Source: Coniocarpon cinnabarinum
Lineage: Eukaryota
Reading direction: 5' to 3'
DNA length: 64,000 nt
Assembly (NCBI GenBank): GCA_051942205.1
Contig: JAVECO010000042.1
Location: 62,001 to 126,000, forward strand
Shown: positions 49,347 to 60,628 of the stretch, in pieces
Numbering within the stretch: position 1 is the stretch's first letter
How the letters are laid out: every line of letters starts with the position of its first letter
Program-made: the position numbers and the translations under genes
Notes under the pieces: model-generated
The model's database searches: none
Seen by the model: only the letters and a program-made list of their open reading frames with translations
Told to the model about the DNA's origin: nothing

Positions 49347-50215
49347 TCAGTTCCCAGCTTTCGCCCTCTCCTCCGCCTTCTCCAGTGTTTGACCTGGTTT
49401 CTGAACGACGCCCTTGATGATGTTTCCTTCTTCTTTGGCGGCGCTTTGGATTTCGGTACCCAAACTTGCGGAATCCTGTTGGGAGCGCCAGCGGAGGACT
49501 CGGGTTACTTGTGTGGCGCCGTTGCAGAAGAGGAAGAAACTGTTAACAAGTCAGTTCGTCCTCCAACACATGCCCTCAATCTCCCGCTCCTTGCTTCTGT
49601 ATTTCCGAAAGTCTTCGGATGGAATGTCCACGCTTGATTTTTTTTCCAAAAGCTGGAAATGCTGTATACTCGTGTTGATGAAGGAGGGAGCGGGGTTGGA
49701 TGTGCAACTTACTTCACTGTCGCCAAGAATGGATTCTTCGGCCGAATGACGAAGCACCATCGCGTCCAGATTGCGCCGGTCGCCATGAGCGCAAGGTTTT
49801 GCTGTAGACTCAACGTCTCGGGCGGTCTGAACATATCCGTGACACCCGCCAGAACAACGCCCCATTTCGTGATGGGCGCCCAAAAATGAACAGTCCGCGG
49901 TCTTTGCTGTCACATCAGCGCGTGTCCACGTTGTGCTCTTCGCTGCAGGGAATCAACTCACCCAACAGGCGACTTCCACAACCTCATAAGCGCACTCTCA
50001 TTCTCCGCCGCGGCCGTCGCATCCGCTGTTTGTTTCCTAACCTGCGTCCTGAACGCATTCCTAATCGCGTTGAAAGGCGTTGAGAGCTGAGAGCGAGCTA
50101 TGGTCCTGTTGAAGTTGGCGATTGGGCCGGTCGAAAGATTTCGGGTGTTTTCGGGGCGCGTGGTTTGTTTGAGGGTGGTGCGGAGAGTGCGGAGGGCGGT
50201 TCTGAGTGTGGCCAT
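49347..50215 (-). CDS. MPC2: Mitochondrial pyruvate carrier subunit 2, 3 exons
   Basis: RLWKSPVG|PRTVHFWAPITKWGVVLAG..D..RP..LS.QQN.ALMATGAIWTRW..IRPKN..LATV|NFFL. Arg/Thr-rich N-terminus. Confidence 0.9.
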
Positions 50216-50864
50216 GGTTGGCTGGCTTTCAAGAGGGTTGATAAAAGGGGAGTGGAGAGTCGGATGCGATGTCAATGGGTGAGTGAATAGGAGTGGGTGA
50301 GTGCGAGGCTTTGTCGTTGTCGATGTCGGAGGTCTGCGGTCGGTCGGGCGGGGCGAGTTATGTCCGGTAGGGCTGGAAATCTAATCACGTGATATTGATA
50401 TAGCGATAGGCAGGGTAGGGTGAATGACTGATCCTTCTGCAAGCCAAGCACGGCAAGCCTGTCTCAACAAGCCCTGCAAGAACAAAATCTTCCCATTGGC
50501 TGGGGCGTACTGCTCTCTAAGCAGTAAGCTAGGCAGACCTTCAACGGGAAGAAAAAGCAGAAGATCGCAAACAGCGTCCGATTACACTTAAGATATATTC
50601 AGTATTGTTCAGACTGTGACGATTGCTCTCAGCTTAGCGAGGCCGCTTAGAATGGTATGGTTTTATTCGCATCATCAAGCATGAAGATGCAAGAACATTT
50701 CGTTAATCTCCTGCAATGTCCTCTTGCCTCGCGGCCCCTCTTCACGGCCATCCAGAAAGCATACATGAGTCGCAGCCACTTTGTACTTCTGATCTGCTGC
50801 TGTTGCTCCATACTCTTTCCTTCAATCCGTCAATCTCCAGCTATTATTCATTCTGCACGGCGAA

Positions 50865-53156
50865 ATGTCCTCACAGGTGTACGTCAGCCACTTGGCCTTC
50901 TGTCAAGAGCCACATTGTAGTCTCGTGACGGGTAAGCATCTCCTCATCACCAAGACATACGTAGACCTCGCACGCGGGAACGCTCTAGCCATATCATACA
51001 CATGGGGCGAGTATGGGCGGCGCAAGGTGGTGATTGGCCACGAACCCTCTCAAAGCGGCGGTCGTTTGCAAGAGATGGAGCTGGGATTGGAGTGGACCTC
51101 AGACGGTAACAGTCTCGCGGCGGCGCTGGACAGTCTTTGCTGCGAGGGTCAGTACTGCTGGATCGATCAGCTGTCTATCGACCAGCAGAGCACGGCTCAG
51201 ATTCGCAAGACGCTTAGCAAAATCCCGGACATCTATCGATCACTCGACGTTGTTGTTCTCTGTCCGAGCAAAATGTGTGCCTGTCAGATGGAGCAATTGC
51301 CATCAGAAATTGTCAAAAACAACCGCCAAAACGAGTCTCTGGACTTGGCCAAAGAGACATGGCGGACAAGTTGCATCAACAACATTGGCTTCGGCTCTTG
51401 GTTCTCCCGGCTCTGGACGCGCCAGGAATTCATCTATGCCCACCGGATTCGGTGGCATTGGCTCTCCCCAGGCGTACTCGAATGCCCAGAAATACAGTAC
51501 TTCACGCACAGGCAGATGCCGCCCGTGCTGGTTGACGCCGCCTTTGACCTCTCTTCTTACAGATGGTGGGACTCGAATACGCTGTCTACTCTAACTAAGC
51601 TTCGTCTCGACGAATGGGCCGTCCGTCTCGGGCCGGGTCCCCATCCCCCTGAATTCATGGACCAAGCCATGAAGGAGCTCGTTCATGATCTGAAACGTGA
51701 GGCGCGCGAGATATTGTTGGCGGCCTCTTACACCGTCAATGAATGGGCACAGTTGCACCGGGGTCTAGCCAAGGTTTATGACTCCGGGCATGCCGAACCT
51801 GGCCAGCACCTTCATGACCTCTTTCAGAGCCAAGTTGAGCTGCGTGGCTCGGGGCAAGGTGTCTTTCGTCTCCTCCAGGGACATTGCCTTGAAGGCCTGC
51901 ATGACCGACCCGTCTACCATGAGAATTCCACTCTGGGCGCCCTAATGTTTAAGAAGCAGCTTGGCCGTCTCAGCGAGAGCCACCGCGCCGCTACCAAGCC
52001 GTGCGATTACGTCCTCGCCGTCTGGATCGACTGTCCTGGATACGAAATACCAGTCGATTTCAAATCCATGTCCCTTAGTGACCTGCTGACCGACGCCTTG
52101 GCTCAACTCCATCGCAAACATGACTGCTCCGTAGCCACATCCTTGCCTGCTGGTATATTTGGCATAGACGAACACAGTGCACTGTGGTGTCCAGCCTTTT
52201 TTGCTGACACTCTCGTCGCCCCCAAGTCGTGCGAAGATGTCTACGGCATTGTTCTCAACCCACAACCTCACTTTCCAACCGCAACTATCGGATCGGACCT
52301 CTTCGTTCCATATGTACCGGCCGACAACCCCGTGGTGGCAGCAATCACCGACGCGACCCTGGGGAAGTCATTCCATCCCCACGTCTGGGATTGTTCCCGC
52401 GTCTGCGATTATGACGCCATGTTTGGCAACGGTGATGGAGCCGACGCACTTGCCGTACTGCTTGAGAGCGCAAGGAGCTGGTCTTTTGAACTATGGCGGT
52501 ATCTAAGCAACGCTATAACCCGCCCAAGCAGGTGGGAATCGTATCTCGGCCCTGACGGACGGTCGCTCACATCGGCAGTCCTGGAGCGCGTGCGAAAGAA
52601 GATTTTTAGCGAATCCTACCCGAACGCGATGAAGATCGCGCAAATCATTTTCGCTAATGCAGGCACGTCGGCCAGGCCCGACGATGATGTTCCGCCTGAG
52701 TGGCCGTATGATTTACCAAGAAGACATGCGGAAGGAGTGTACCAGCTCGTGTGCCAAGCGCTAAAAATAGATCACGCGATTGCAAGGAAGCTCGGGTTGA
52801 GGGTTATGGTTGATCGGGGCAGAACAGACATTGAAGCCGGCAGTGGCAGGTCGCCACCCAGGTTCGGGCTCACATGGATTGATCTTGGGTTTGACTCGGA
52901 GCTAGAGACGAGCACGATCCGGGCATGCTCGTCGATGGAAGATCTTGTGATGATGGACAACAGAAGTCAAGAGGGCAACTCTGCAGAGATCCAGAAGTTT
53001 GCATACGAAGCGATAGAGGCGGGCGTGCTTGAGACTGGGGAGTACCCTGGCACGCAATATAGAATCATCGGGGCTTGGGTGCCTAACGGAGGCTTTCCAG
53101 ACGAACTGGTCGAGGGTTTTGTATTTGCGCTTAAGGGGGTACCTACACTGATTTGA
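50865..53156 (+). CDS. HET-domain (heterokaryon incompatibility-like) protein
   Basis: ALAISYTWG, CWIDQLSIDQ, IPDIYR and WFSRLWTRQE blocks of the HET domain. Intronless, 763 aa. Confidence 0.88.
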   Translation: MSSQVYVSHLAFCQEPHCSLVTGKHLLITKTYVDLARGNALAISYTWGEYGRRKVVIGHEPSQSGGRLQEMELGLEWTSDGNSLAAALDSLCCEGQYCWIDQLSIDQQSTAQIRKTLSKIPDIYRSLDVVVLCPSKMCACQMEQLPSEIVKNNRQNESLDLAKETWRTSCINNIGFGSWFSRLWTRQEFIYAHRIRWHWLSPGVLECPEIQYFTHRQMPPVLVDAAFDLSSYRWWDSNTLSTLTKLRLDEWAVRLGPGPHPPEFMDQAMKELVHDLKREAREILLAASYTVNEWAQLHRGLAKVYDSGHAEPGQHLHDLFQSQVELRGSGQGVFRLLQGHCLEGLHDRPVYHENSTLGALMFKKQLGRLSESHRAATKPCDYVLAVWIDCPGYEIPVDFKSMSLSDLLTDALAQLHRKHDCSVATSLPAGIFGIDEHSALWCPAFFADTLVAPKSCEDVYGIVLNPQPHFPTATIGSDLFVPYVPADNPVVAAITDATLGKSFHPHVWDCSRVCDYDAMFGNGDGADALAVLLESARSWSFELWRYLSNAITRPSRWESYLGPDGRSLTSAVLERVRKKIFSESYPNAMKIAQIIFANAGTSARPDDDVPPEWPYDLPRRHAEGVYQLVCQALKIDHAIARKLGLRVMVDRGRTDIEAGSGRSPPRFGLTWIDLGFDSELETSTIRACSSMEDLVMMDNRSQEGNSAEIQKFAYEAIEAGVLETGEYPGTQYRIIGAWVPNGGFPDELVEGFVFALKGVPTLI

Positions 53157-53484
53157 GAGAACGACGTCTACTGTTGCAAGGGATTCACAAGAAATATATT
53201 TTCCCCGGATTTTCTAGGGTGTATACAACCCTAAACTGGACTTGGAGCAGGTCTTGCTGAAAGCACTGCAGATTGGCTTTTGAACTTCGTAAATGCCTCT
53301 CTAGAATACTCTCGTATCGTTGGGCTGAACTGCTCGTAGTTCTCTCCAGTCACGCACCTGTTCTACCTACACAGCCTAAAGCGGCTCAGTCCGCATTCAA
53401 ACCAGAGCAAGACCACTCGTATCCGGCGCCCCAAGCGCTTCTACCTCGACTCGCAAGACGAAAGCAGCAGAAGCTGGATTCGAA

Positions 53485-53937
53485 ATGTCGGCGGTGACGA
53501 GTACGGGCAGATACACCTTCGCCAAGGGTCTCAAAGAGCTGCGATTCCACCTATGTCAGAAAAGCGAAGGAAGTTTGGCATTAAGGTATAACGTCCTCCC
53601 GCCGCTTAAAAGACCCTTGTATTATAATCTACGATACGCGTATACACGAGAGTCGAATAACATGCGTTAACATGGCGGGGCGATCTAGGAATTTCCTGAC
53701 GAGAGCATATCCGACCATGAAACATCACAATGCACACACACCGATCTTAATACGAGAAGCAATGGGTGTAGAGCCAAAAGTGTGGGCGAGATATGGTGCG
53801 CAAAGTTGTTGGACGGGAAGTGGGACAGGAGCTAATTGGGTACAGAATACGCGAGGGAGCGGATGATACCGTTGACTGGGCTTGATGATAAAGCTATTGA
53901 GGGAAAGGTCACGGAGCTAGTGAAGAATGCGCAATGA
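53485..53937 (+). CDS. NDUFA2: NADH:ubiquinone oxidoreductase 10.5 kDa subunit (NDUFA2/B8), 3 exons
   Basis: YTFAKGLKELRFHLCQ.SEGS..LR|NFLTRAYPTMKHHN.HTPILIREA.GVEPKVWARY|EY.RE....LTGLDDKAIE.KV.ELVK. Confidence 0.9.
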
Positions 53938-54481
53938 GAAGCAATAAGTAATCACAGATCGGAGATGCGAGGACTCATCATCACAAGAGCAGGGCCGAAA
54001 TGAGCCGTATAAAGTCAAGGAGGCAGCGGCAGTGCTGGCCATGCGCACCGCATGCTCGACCGTGCACTGGCAGCCACGTAGCGAAAACAACATCAGTGAA
54101 GTATACATTCCACGAAATACTAAAAGTCACGGGCTATTTCGTTGCGGACGAATGTGATGAAAAGACTGCGCAGCGGTAGTGCGAATTCACAGTCTGCTCA
54201 AAAACATGGTTTGGGCTTTCAACCCGGTTCAGTTGTGCCAAGGTGCATTTTTGCGCTGATCTATACGTGTAAATGTATGAGGCCTCGTGCTGCGTCACTA
54301 AGAGCATATCCAGCGCTGAGACAGCTGGATGTCCTGCGTCGTTGATGCCAAAACGCAGTACTATGTTTGCGCAACGCAGCCCTTCAACGTTTATGCCCAA
54401 CTATAAAAGCGTCCGTACTGCTCTTGCTAGGAGATCGCATTTCTTTTGCAGCTCAAAATCCAACGCTGCTTCGTCATACAT

Positions 54482-56359
54482 TCACTCGCCTCGCATTGTC
54501 GTATCCGAATCCTCAGAGTCATCTGAATCGCTATCCGACTCGTCAGATAATACAATGGGCTGATCTGCGCTGGTTCCGACGTGACCGTTATTCATCTGAA
54601 CATCTCGTAGATCGATTGGCCGGTTGGCGGTCGAGCCCTCACTGTCTCTTGCGATTTGCTGTCTAATCTGTGCGTTTTCCTTCTCCAAAGTCGCCTTGAC
54701 CGACTCCATCAAAGCCTTCGCTACAGCTGGCGGGACGGAGTTACCAATTTGTCGCAACATTGACTTCTTGTCCAACCCGTTGGGAAAGGCGAAGTCGTCC
54801 GGAAACGTTGACAGAGTGGCGAGTTCACGAATCGTGAACGGCCGACCACCTGGGTGCCGACACTTGGTGCCTGTGCACATGATGATTGTTCTCAACACAA
54901 CGTCACCGCTGTCGGGATCGACCTCGTTGAGATCATCCCAGTTCGGGTCGTGATGAGTATGTATGGTTGGGTTCAGATGGTTGATGCATTCATTGATCGT
55001 CCTGTAGGGAACCAGGGCCTCTGAGTTTGGACCGTAAGTCGGAGGTGGAGCACGTGGCAGTGCGCCTCCGGGGCACGATGCTCGCAGAATCAGTCGCTTT
55101 CGTAAGCTCGGCACACCGTGGTCAGATGCGATATCACGTCTCCACGAGACACTGAAATCGCGGTCTGTGAAGAAGGTAATAAGACAGCGAAAATCGCCGT
55201 AATCTTGCTCCTTGAAGATACCATCTACTTCTTCGAGCGTAGCAACACGTGGTCGAGTGATATCCAAGATATCAGGGATACTATAGAGAACTGCACGGTT
55301 GTCGTCATCTCGCTTAGCACCGATGCTTCCTTCGGGTTTCAGTCCAGCACGAATGTTCATCGTGGAAAAGTATGGGCATGGTGGGGACATGTGTATCACG
55401 TCGACACGCAATTTTCCAGATGTCCACTCCTGGTTAGCAAATTGAATGAAATCATGAATCGCGTCTAGCCAAATGTGCTTCATTTCAAGGAGCTGGTTTC
55501 GTCTGGGCACGTTCAACGCGTTGATGTGAGAAGTGCTTATCGTAGTCAATGGGTAATTGTTAGCTTCGTAAGTTTGGCAAGAGGCTTTGTCATAATCGAC
55601 ACCAAATTGAAGGTCAAGACCAGCTTGCACAGCACCCACAGTCACCCCACCACAGCCAGCAAAGAAGTCGGCGAAAGAAAGTGGGTCATTGCTGTCGTTG
55701 CTTGGTAAGCGACCAGTCCAGTCGTGTATCAGCTTCCAATCGGCGACCCTATAGTGGATCCCTGAGTCTAGATCACTGCCTACGTCAGCTTCCTCGCACC
55801 GTATGCGCCTGAGGTCCGCATTTCTTGGCCACCAGTACTTATATTCAGAGCCGGCCGGCACACTGCCCGTGCACACAATGAAAACCCATCTACAGACCAG
55901 TCTGCTTGTGTTTCTAAACGTCTCGCGGGTTTCAACATTGGTGACACCATCTGCGGGCACACCCTCATTCACCAAGCCAAACGGTTGGTTGGTGATGATG
56001 AGGTCCCGCTTCACGGGCATCGCAAAATCATCTCCAAGAAGATCAGAGAGAGTGAAATTCTCACAAGCAAGTTCGTCTAGGGATTTGTCGGTTTGATTGC
56101 GGTCCACCTCTTCAGTGGCGATGAATAGCTCGTTCATCTTTCGGTGTATCAGTCCATCGAGCGCTACCACCCTTTTCAGCCGCCATCCTCTGAGTATTAT
56201 AAATTTGCTGTCGGGATCTTGAAAGATTTGCCGAACACGTATGTAATCTCCATCGCGCAAGCCCTGAGAAGATTCTTTGAGTTCAATAGAGTCGCCTACT
56301 TTGACGTGGACGCCCCACTCTGACCGGTACTCCTCCAGAGATAGCCGTCGACGGCTCAT
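54482..56359 (-). CDS. rid: C5-cytosine DNA methyltransferase-like protein of the RID/Masc1/DmtA family
   Basis: Motif I FADFFAGCGG, motif IV HMSPPCPYFS, motif VI TLEEV, RKRLI, RPFTIRELA and RQIGNSVPP. About 625 aa with an N-terminal BAH-like region, too short for DIM-2. Start codon uncertain. Confidence 0.85.
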   Translation of the reverse strand: MSRRRLSLEEYRSEWGVHVKVGDSIELKESSQGLRDGDYIRVRQIFQDPDSKFIILRGWRLKRVVALDGLIHRKMNELFIATEEVDRNQTDKSLDELACENFTLSDLLGDDFAMPVKRDLIITNQPFGLVNEGVPADGVTNVETRETFRNTSRLVCRWVFIVCTGSVPAGSEYKYWWPRNADLRRIRCEEADVGSDLDSGIHYRVADWKLIHDWTGRLPSNDSNDPLSFADFFAGCGGVTVGAVQAGLDLQFGVDYDKASCQTYEANNYPLTTISTSHINALNVPRRNQLLEMKHIWLDAIHDFIQFANQEWTSGKLRVDVIHMSPPCPYFSTMNIRAGLKPEGSIGAKRDDDNRAVLYSIPDILDITRPRVATLEEVDGIFKEQDYGDFRCLITFFTDRDFSVSWRRDIASDHGVPSLRKRLILRASCPGGALPRAPPPTYGPNSEALVPYRTINECINHLNPTIHTHHDPNWDDLNEVDPDSGDVVLRTIIMCTGTKCRHPGGRPFTIRELATLSTFPDDFAFPNGLDKKSMLRQIGNSVPPAVAKALMESVKATLEKENAQIRQQIARDSEGSTANRPIDLRDVQMNNGHVGTSADQPIVLSDESDSDSDDSEDSDTTMRGE

Positions 56360-57051
56360 CCCGTCCAGATTGGAAGTTGAATGTGTGCAAAAGAGAGATA
56401 TTCGAAGCAGTAGCGCTCTGAAGGAGATTAGCTGAGTAAATTGCAATAGAAATCGTAGTTTTTGGATGGCTGGGTGAAACGGAAACTTTAAAGAAGAGGT
56501 GAGCAAGAAGAAAAGAGAGTGAAAACAAATTAAGTATGTACGATGTTCATCGCTCAAGGTGAAATGCCAAGGGATCTATGTCAAATGACTGAAAGAAAGA
56601 GGAAAACTTTGCCATCATGTGAAAGCATAGTAGGTGAGACGCTTATACGCGGTCTTTTATGGAGAAGTTGGAAAATCACGATCTTTTGCTCGGACAAACG
56701 AGAATCCTAATGTATCCTATCTAGGATCACTTGTATATGCCAAAAACATCTTTTGCCGGCTTGAGGATGCAGAGCCTCAAATGGTAACACTGTTGGACCT
56801 CCTAGGGGGTGGAAGCAGGAACGGGATGCTCAGATTTTATGCTTTCACGTCTTCGACTTGTAGCGAGTCTTTCTAGATCATCATGCTGTTAGCGATATGT
56901 TTTACCAGCATAGACACGAGATGCGAGGATGCTTCATAAAAAAAAGAACAAATTCGACGTGGTCGTTAATGATTCTCCTAGTCTCGGCATTTACGGGCCG
57001 ACATCTCGGAGATGATTCCTAATGTCAAATTTAGCCCCACGATTCTCAATG

Positions 57052-57057
57052 CCGAGG
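57052..57057. promoter_or_regulatory. CCGAGG FarA/FarB-type site upstream of methylcitrate dehydratase
   Basis: Exact hexamer ~95 bp upstream of the ATG. Confidence 0.5.
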
Positions 57058-57146
57058 TACGTCACTGCTTGCCGATATCTTAACGAGCAATTCGACGCTT
57101 ATTGTCCACTGTACTCTTGCGCTCTGATATTGGTAGCTTCTTGGAA

Positions 57147-58892
57147 ATGTCTATAGCTGCAAGACGAATATGCTCAGCTCCTACAAGATCGTGTCACACC
57201 CGCCGCGTTCTACCCTCAATCAATCAAGCTTCGTTGGCTTTACCACGGTCCCAAGCTTACTGCCAGTTTATGAGAGCAGGCTTCTCAAGCATGGCCTCTT
57301 TGAGATCAGCAGTCGCAGATCCAGCACCTCCCAAAGCATTTGATCCCGAGATCACAGACGTAGCGAAATATGTCTACCAACAACCTATCTCATCAGATCT
57401 TGCTGTGAGTGAAACCCGGCTGCTTCTCGTGCATTGACACGTTGCTGATCTATGAGCAGTTCGACACAGCCCGTCTTGTCTTTCTTGACACACTCGGATG
57501 TGGCCTTCGAGCTTTGGAATTCCCTCAATGCGCAAAGCTTCTAGGCCCTGTAGTGCTCGGTACAACGGTGCCAAATGGCACTCGCGTCCCCGGAACGGGC
57601 TATCAACTTGACCCCATACTTGGTGCGTTTAACATTGGCGCGATGATAAGATGGCTCGACTTCAATGACTGCTGGCTGGCAGCTGAATGGGTGAGTTGGC
57701 ATGAAGTGAAGCAGCATAAGCAATAATACTGATATGTATAATCTAGGGCCATCCATCTGACAACCTTGGCGCTATCCTCTCAGTCGCGGACTGGATCTCA
57801 AGAACGAACAGAGCGGGCGGGAGACTTGGCGATGGGAAGATCTTCACGATTCGGGACGTGCTAGAAGCTATGATCAGAGCCCATGAAATTCAAGGGTGCT
57901 TGGCTCTGGAAAATTCATTTAACAAGGTGGGGCTAGATCACGTTGTACTTGTCAAAGTCGCGTCAACAGCCGTAGTGTCGAAGATGCTCGGACTCTCAGA
58001 AGCACAGTCACGAGACGCCATCAGTCAGGCATGGTGTGATGGGCAGAGCATGCGAACGTATCGGCATGCACCGAACGCGATGTCGAGGAAATCCTGGGCC
58101 GCTGGTGATGCCTGTGAAAAGGCTGTCAATCTGTGCTTGAAAGTCTTGAGGGGAGAAGGAGGCATGGCAACTGTGCTTTCCGCCCCCACCTGGGGCTTCT
58201 ACGATGTCAACTTTGGTGGGAAGAAGTTCCAGTTTCAAAGACCCTACGACAGCTATGTGATGGAGAATGTGCTGTTCAAGGTGTCATATCCAGCGGAGTT
58301 CCACTCGCAGACAGCCATTGAGGCTGCGAAGCGTATACGACAGCAAATGGAGCAGTTGGGAAAGAAGCCGGAGGACATTGAATCGATCACGAATCGAACA
58401 CACGATGCGTGTATCCGTATCATTGACAAACAGTTCAAGCCCATGGATAACTACGCAGATCGCGACCATTGTGTGCAATACATGACAGCTGTCATGCTGG
58501 TCTATGGTCGTTTAGAGGCTGGCGACTACACAGACGACAGTGAAGCCGCTCAGTCACCACTCGTAGAGAGCTTACGAAAGACGATAAAGTGCGTTGAGGA
58601 CCCACAATTCACCGCCGATTATCATAATCCAGACATGCGCACTATTCCAAACGCACTAACAGTGAAATTCAATGACGGCACGGTGCTTGACGAAATTGTC
58701 GTTGAAGCACCGCTCGGTCACCGACTCCGAAGGGAAGAAGCCAAGCCGGAGATCCTCACGAAGTATCAGAACCACCTGAAGCCACACTTTTCAACAAGTC
58801 GAGTCCAAGAACTTGTGGACTTAGGCAACGACCGGTCGAGGTTGGAAGCATATGAGGTCGACAAATACGTCGACTTGTACTTCAAAGAATAG
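57147..58892 (+). CDS. prpD: Mitochondrial 2-methylcitrate dehydratase (MmgE/PrpD family), 3 exons
   Basis: [71 protein letters not shown] and ADRDHC. Presequence-like N-terminus. Confidence 0.95.
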
Positions 58893-60628
58893 AAGCAAGC
58901 TTATAATGTCATGGCAGCTTGTTTCGGCGTGATTGTCGGTGAGTGTCGAGCTGACATCACAGACTTAGTGCGCTGGGAATCAGGCCGGCTGCCTCTGAAT
59001 ACATGTACAGAACCTTGCTATGTCTATGGACGGAAAGATGCAATACTTGTGGTACAAGCGACCTTGTCCAATCAGTCGTCGGCCATGTTTACACCACCTA
59101 GCAAGACATGATCATAGTTGATCTCGACTTATGAGAAGTTGGTACTCTTTAGACAGAGTGGACTTAGAAACTTTTTGTCAAGCATGGTCATCGCACGGGC
59201 TACACTTTGAAAAAGCATAGTATATGTACATGCTGAACCATATCTATGCGAGTAATGCTATCGTGTGACAATTGAGCAAGTATCGTGTACTTGGCTCGAG
59301 CAATAGCATGTCTAGTCATGGTAATCCAACGCTCACGTATCTTACAGTTAGTGCATTCTTCTAATTGAGTTTGCGAATGATCAATCATACTGTTGCTGTG
59401 CTGTACATTTGCGTATTAGCAAGACAGGAGCCGGAGCTTCTCCAGTAAGGTGAAATTGCATGCGAAACGGAAACACTTCATACTAGATACGATGTGAGAA
59501 TCGCTTTTTGCTATCGACCGTAGCACCAAGCTCGTAATATTGTTCCTTGTGCAGGGGTTCATTATTCCACTTCTTGTTTCGTGAAGAGTACTGAGTGGGG
59601 GTTACATTACGCAACGAACCTACTGCTGGCAAGGCAGCAAACAACTGAAATAAAATGCAATTTGAAGAGCAGATCAGCATTGTCCATCTTGAAACAGTCA
59701 TATGTTAGCAACGCGCTTAGCACGCTGTTCGCTATCCGAATCACAGGAAATCCTGAAGGCGGAACACGCCGATGAAGCAGATATATCCTTGATTGAAAGC
59801 CAGCGCGCATCTGACCAATTTCAAAGATAGTAGTATGGTACATTCGAATGCGGGCATTCAAATGTGCAGTCGAGTGCCAGGGCATTATCCATGACCCAAT
59901 CGTGGGCTGCAAACTGCTGTGACACTGTAGAGCTGGTTTCAAGCCGTGACAGAGCTTAGGTACCACGGGTCGTTTGCATGCATATTTCAGCCGCTGCTTT
60001 CTCGGCAAGATGACAGCTAGCAAGAGAAGCTTTGAGTCTTTCCAGCAGTGGCGCCACAGCCGTGTGGTACACTGCCTCACTCGCGGTAGGGGTGTCCCAT
60101 GAGCCACGCGAGGCTCCTCTACAAGACCAGGAAGCGGAGGATGGTATTGGACATGAATCGCTGATTTTGATAAGAAAGAACACCAGCGTAAATAAGAAGC
60201 GACGTAGCTAGGAGTGGGCAGCGACTAAATACTGCCAGCCGTTTCACTAACAGCGCCATAGCGACACCCGTGATCCTAACCTAGGGTCGTGGTCCTTCCA
60301 GATGATGCGCATTTTTCGACTCTGAGTCGTAGCATCTGTACCAGGAATTTAGTACCAACCAAGATATTCTCTAGCATCTCAAAGCCAGGATGATCATGAA
60401 ACAGCTGCTGTCTATGCGAGTTACGCAAACATGCGTAGAGAGGACCACGCCAAGTCTTTGAGCCAATTTCGGAGCACGATGGCATCAGTGCCATCTTCCC
60501 AGCTTGGCAAAGAATCTAGTTGACTGTCGGACATTGACTGCTTCGCGTTTGCAATTGGACTTTAAAACGGAGGAAAAGAGAATGGGACTGTCTACAAATA
60601 AGCGCCACGTTATGACGTTTCGGAATGG

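Noticed and set aside
54482..56557. DIM-2/DNMT1 or a bacterial restriction-modification methylase
   Set aside because: It is too short for DIM-2 and lacks ENV. The HxSPPC motif and overall layout fit RID/Masc1, and there is no partner endonuclease.
59200..60500. Possible gene between prpD and mcsA (e.g. ORF 59607-60107)
   Set aside because: Non-ATG start, no recognisable motifs and no coherent exon chain that I could build.
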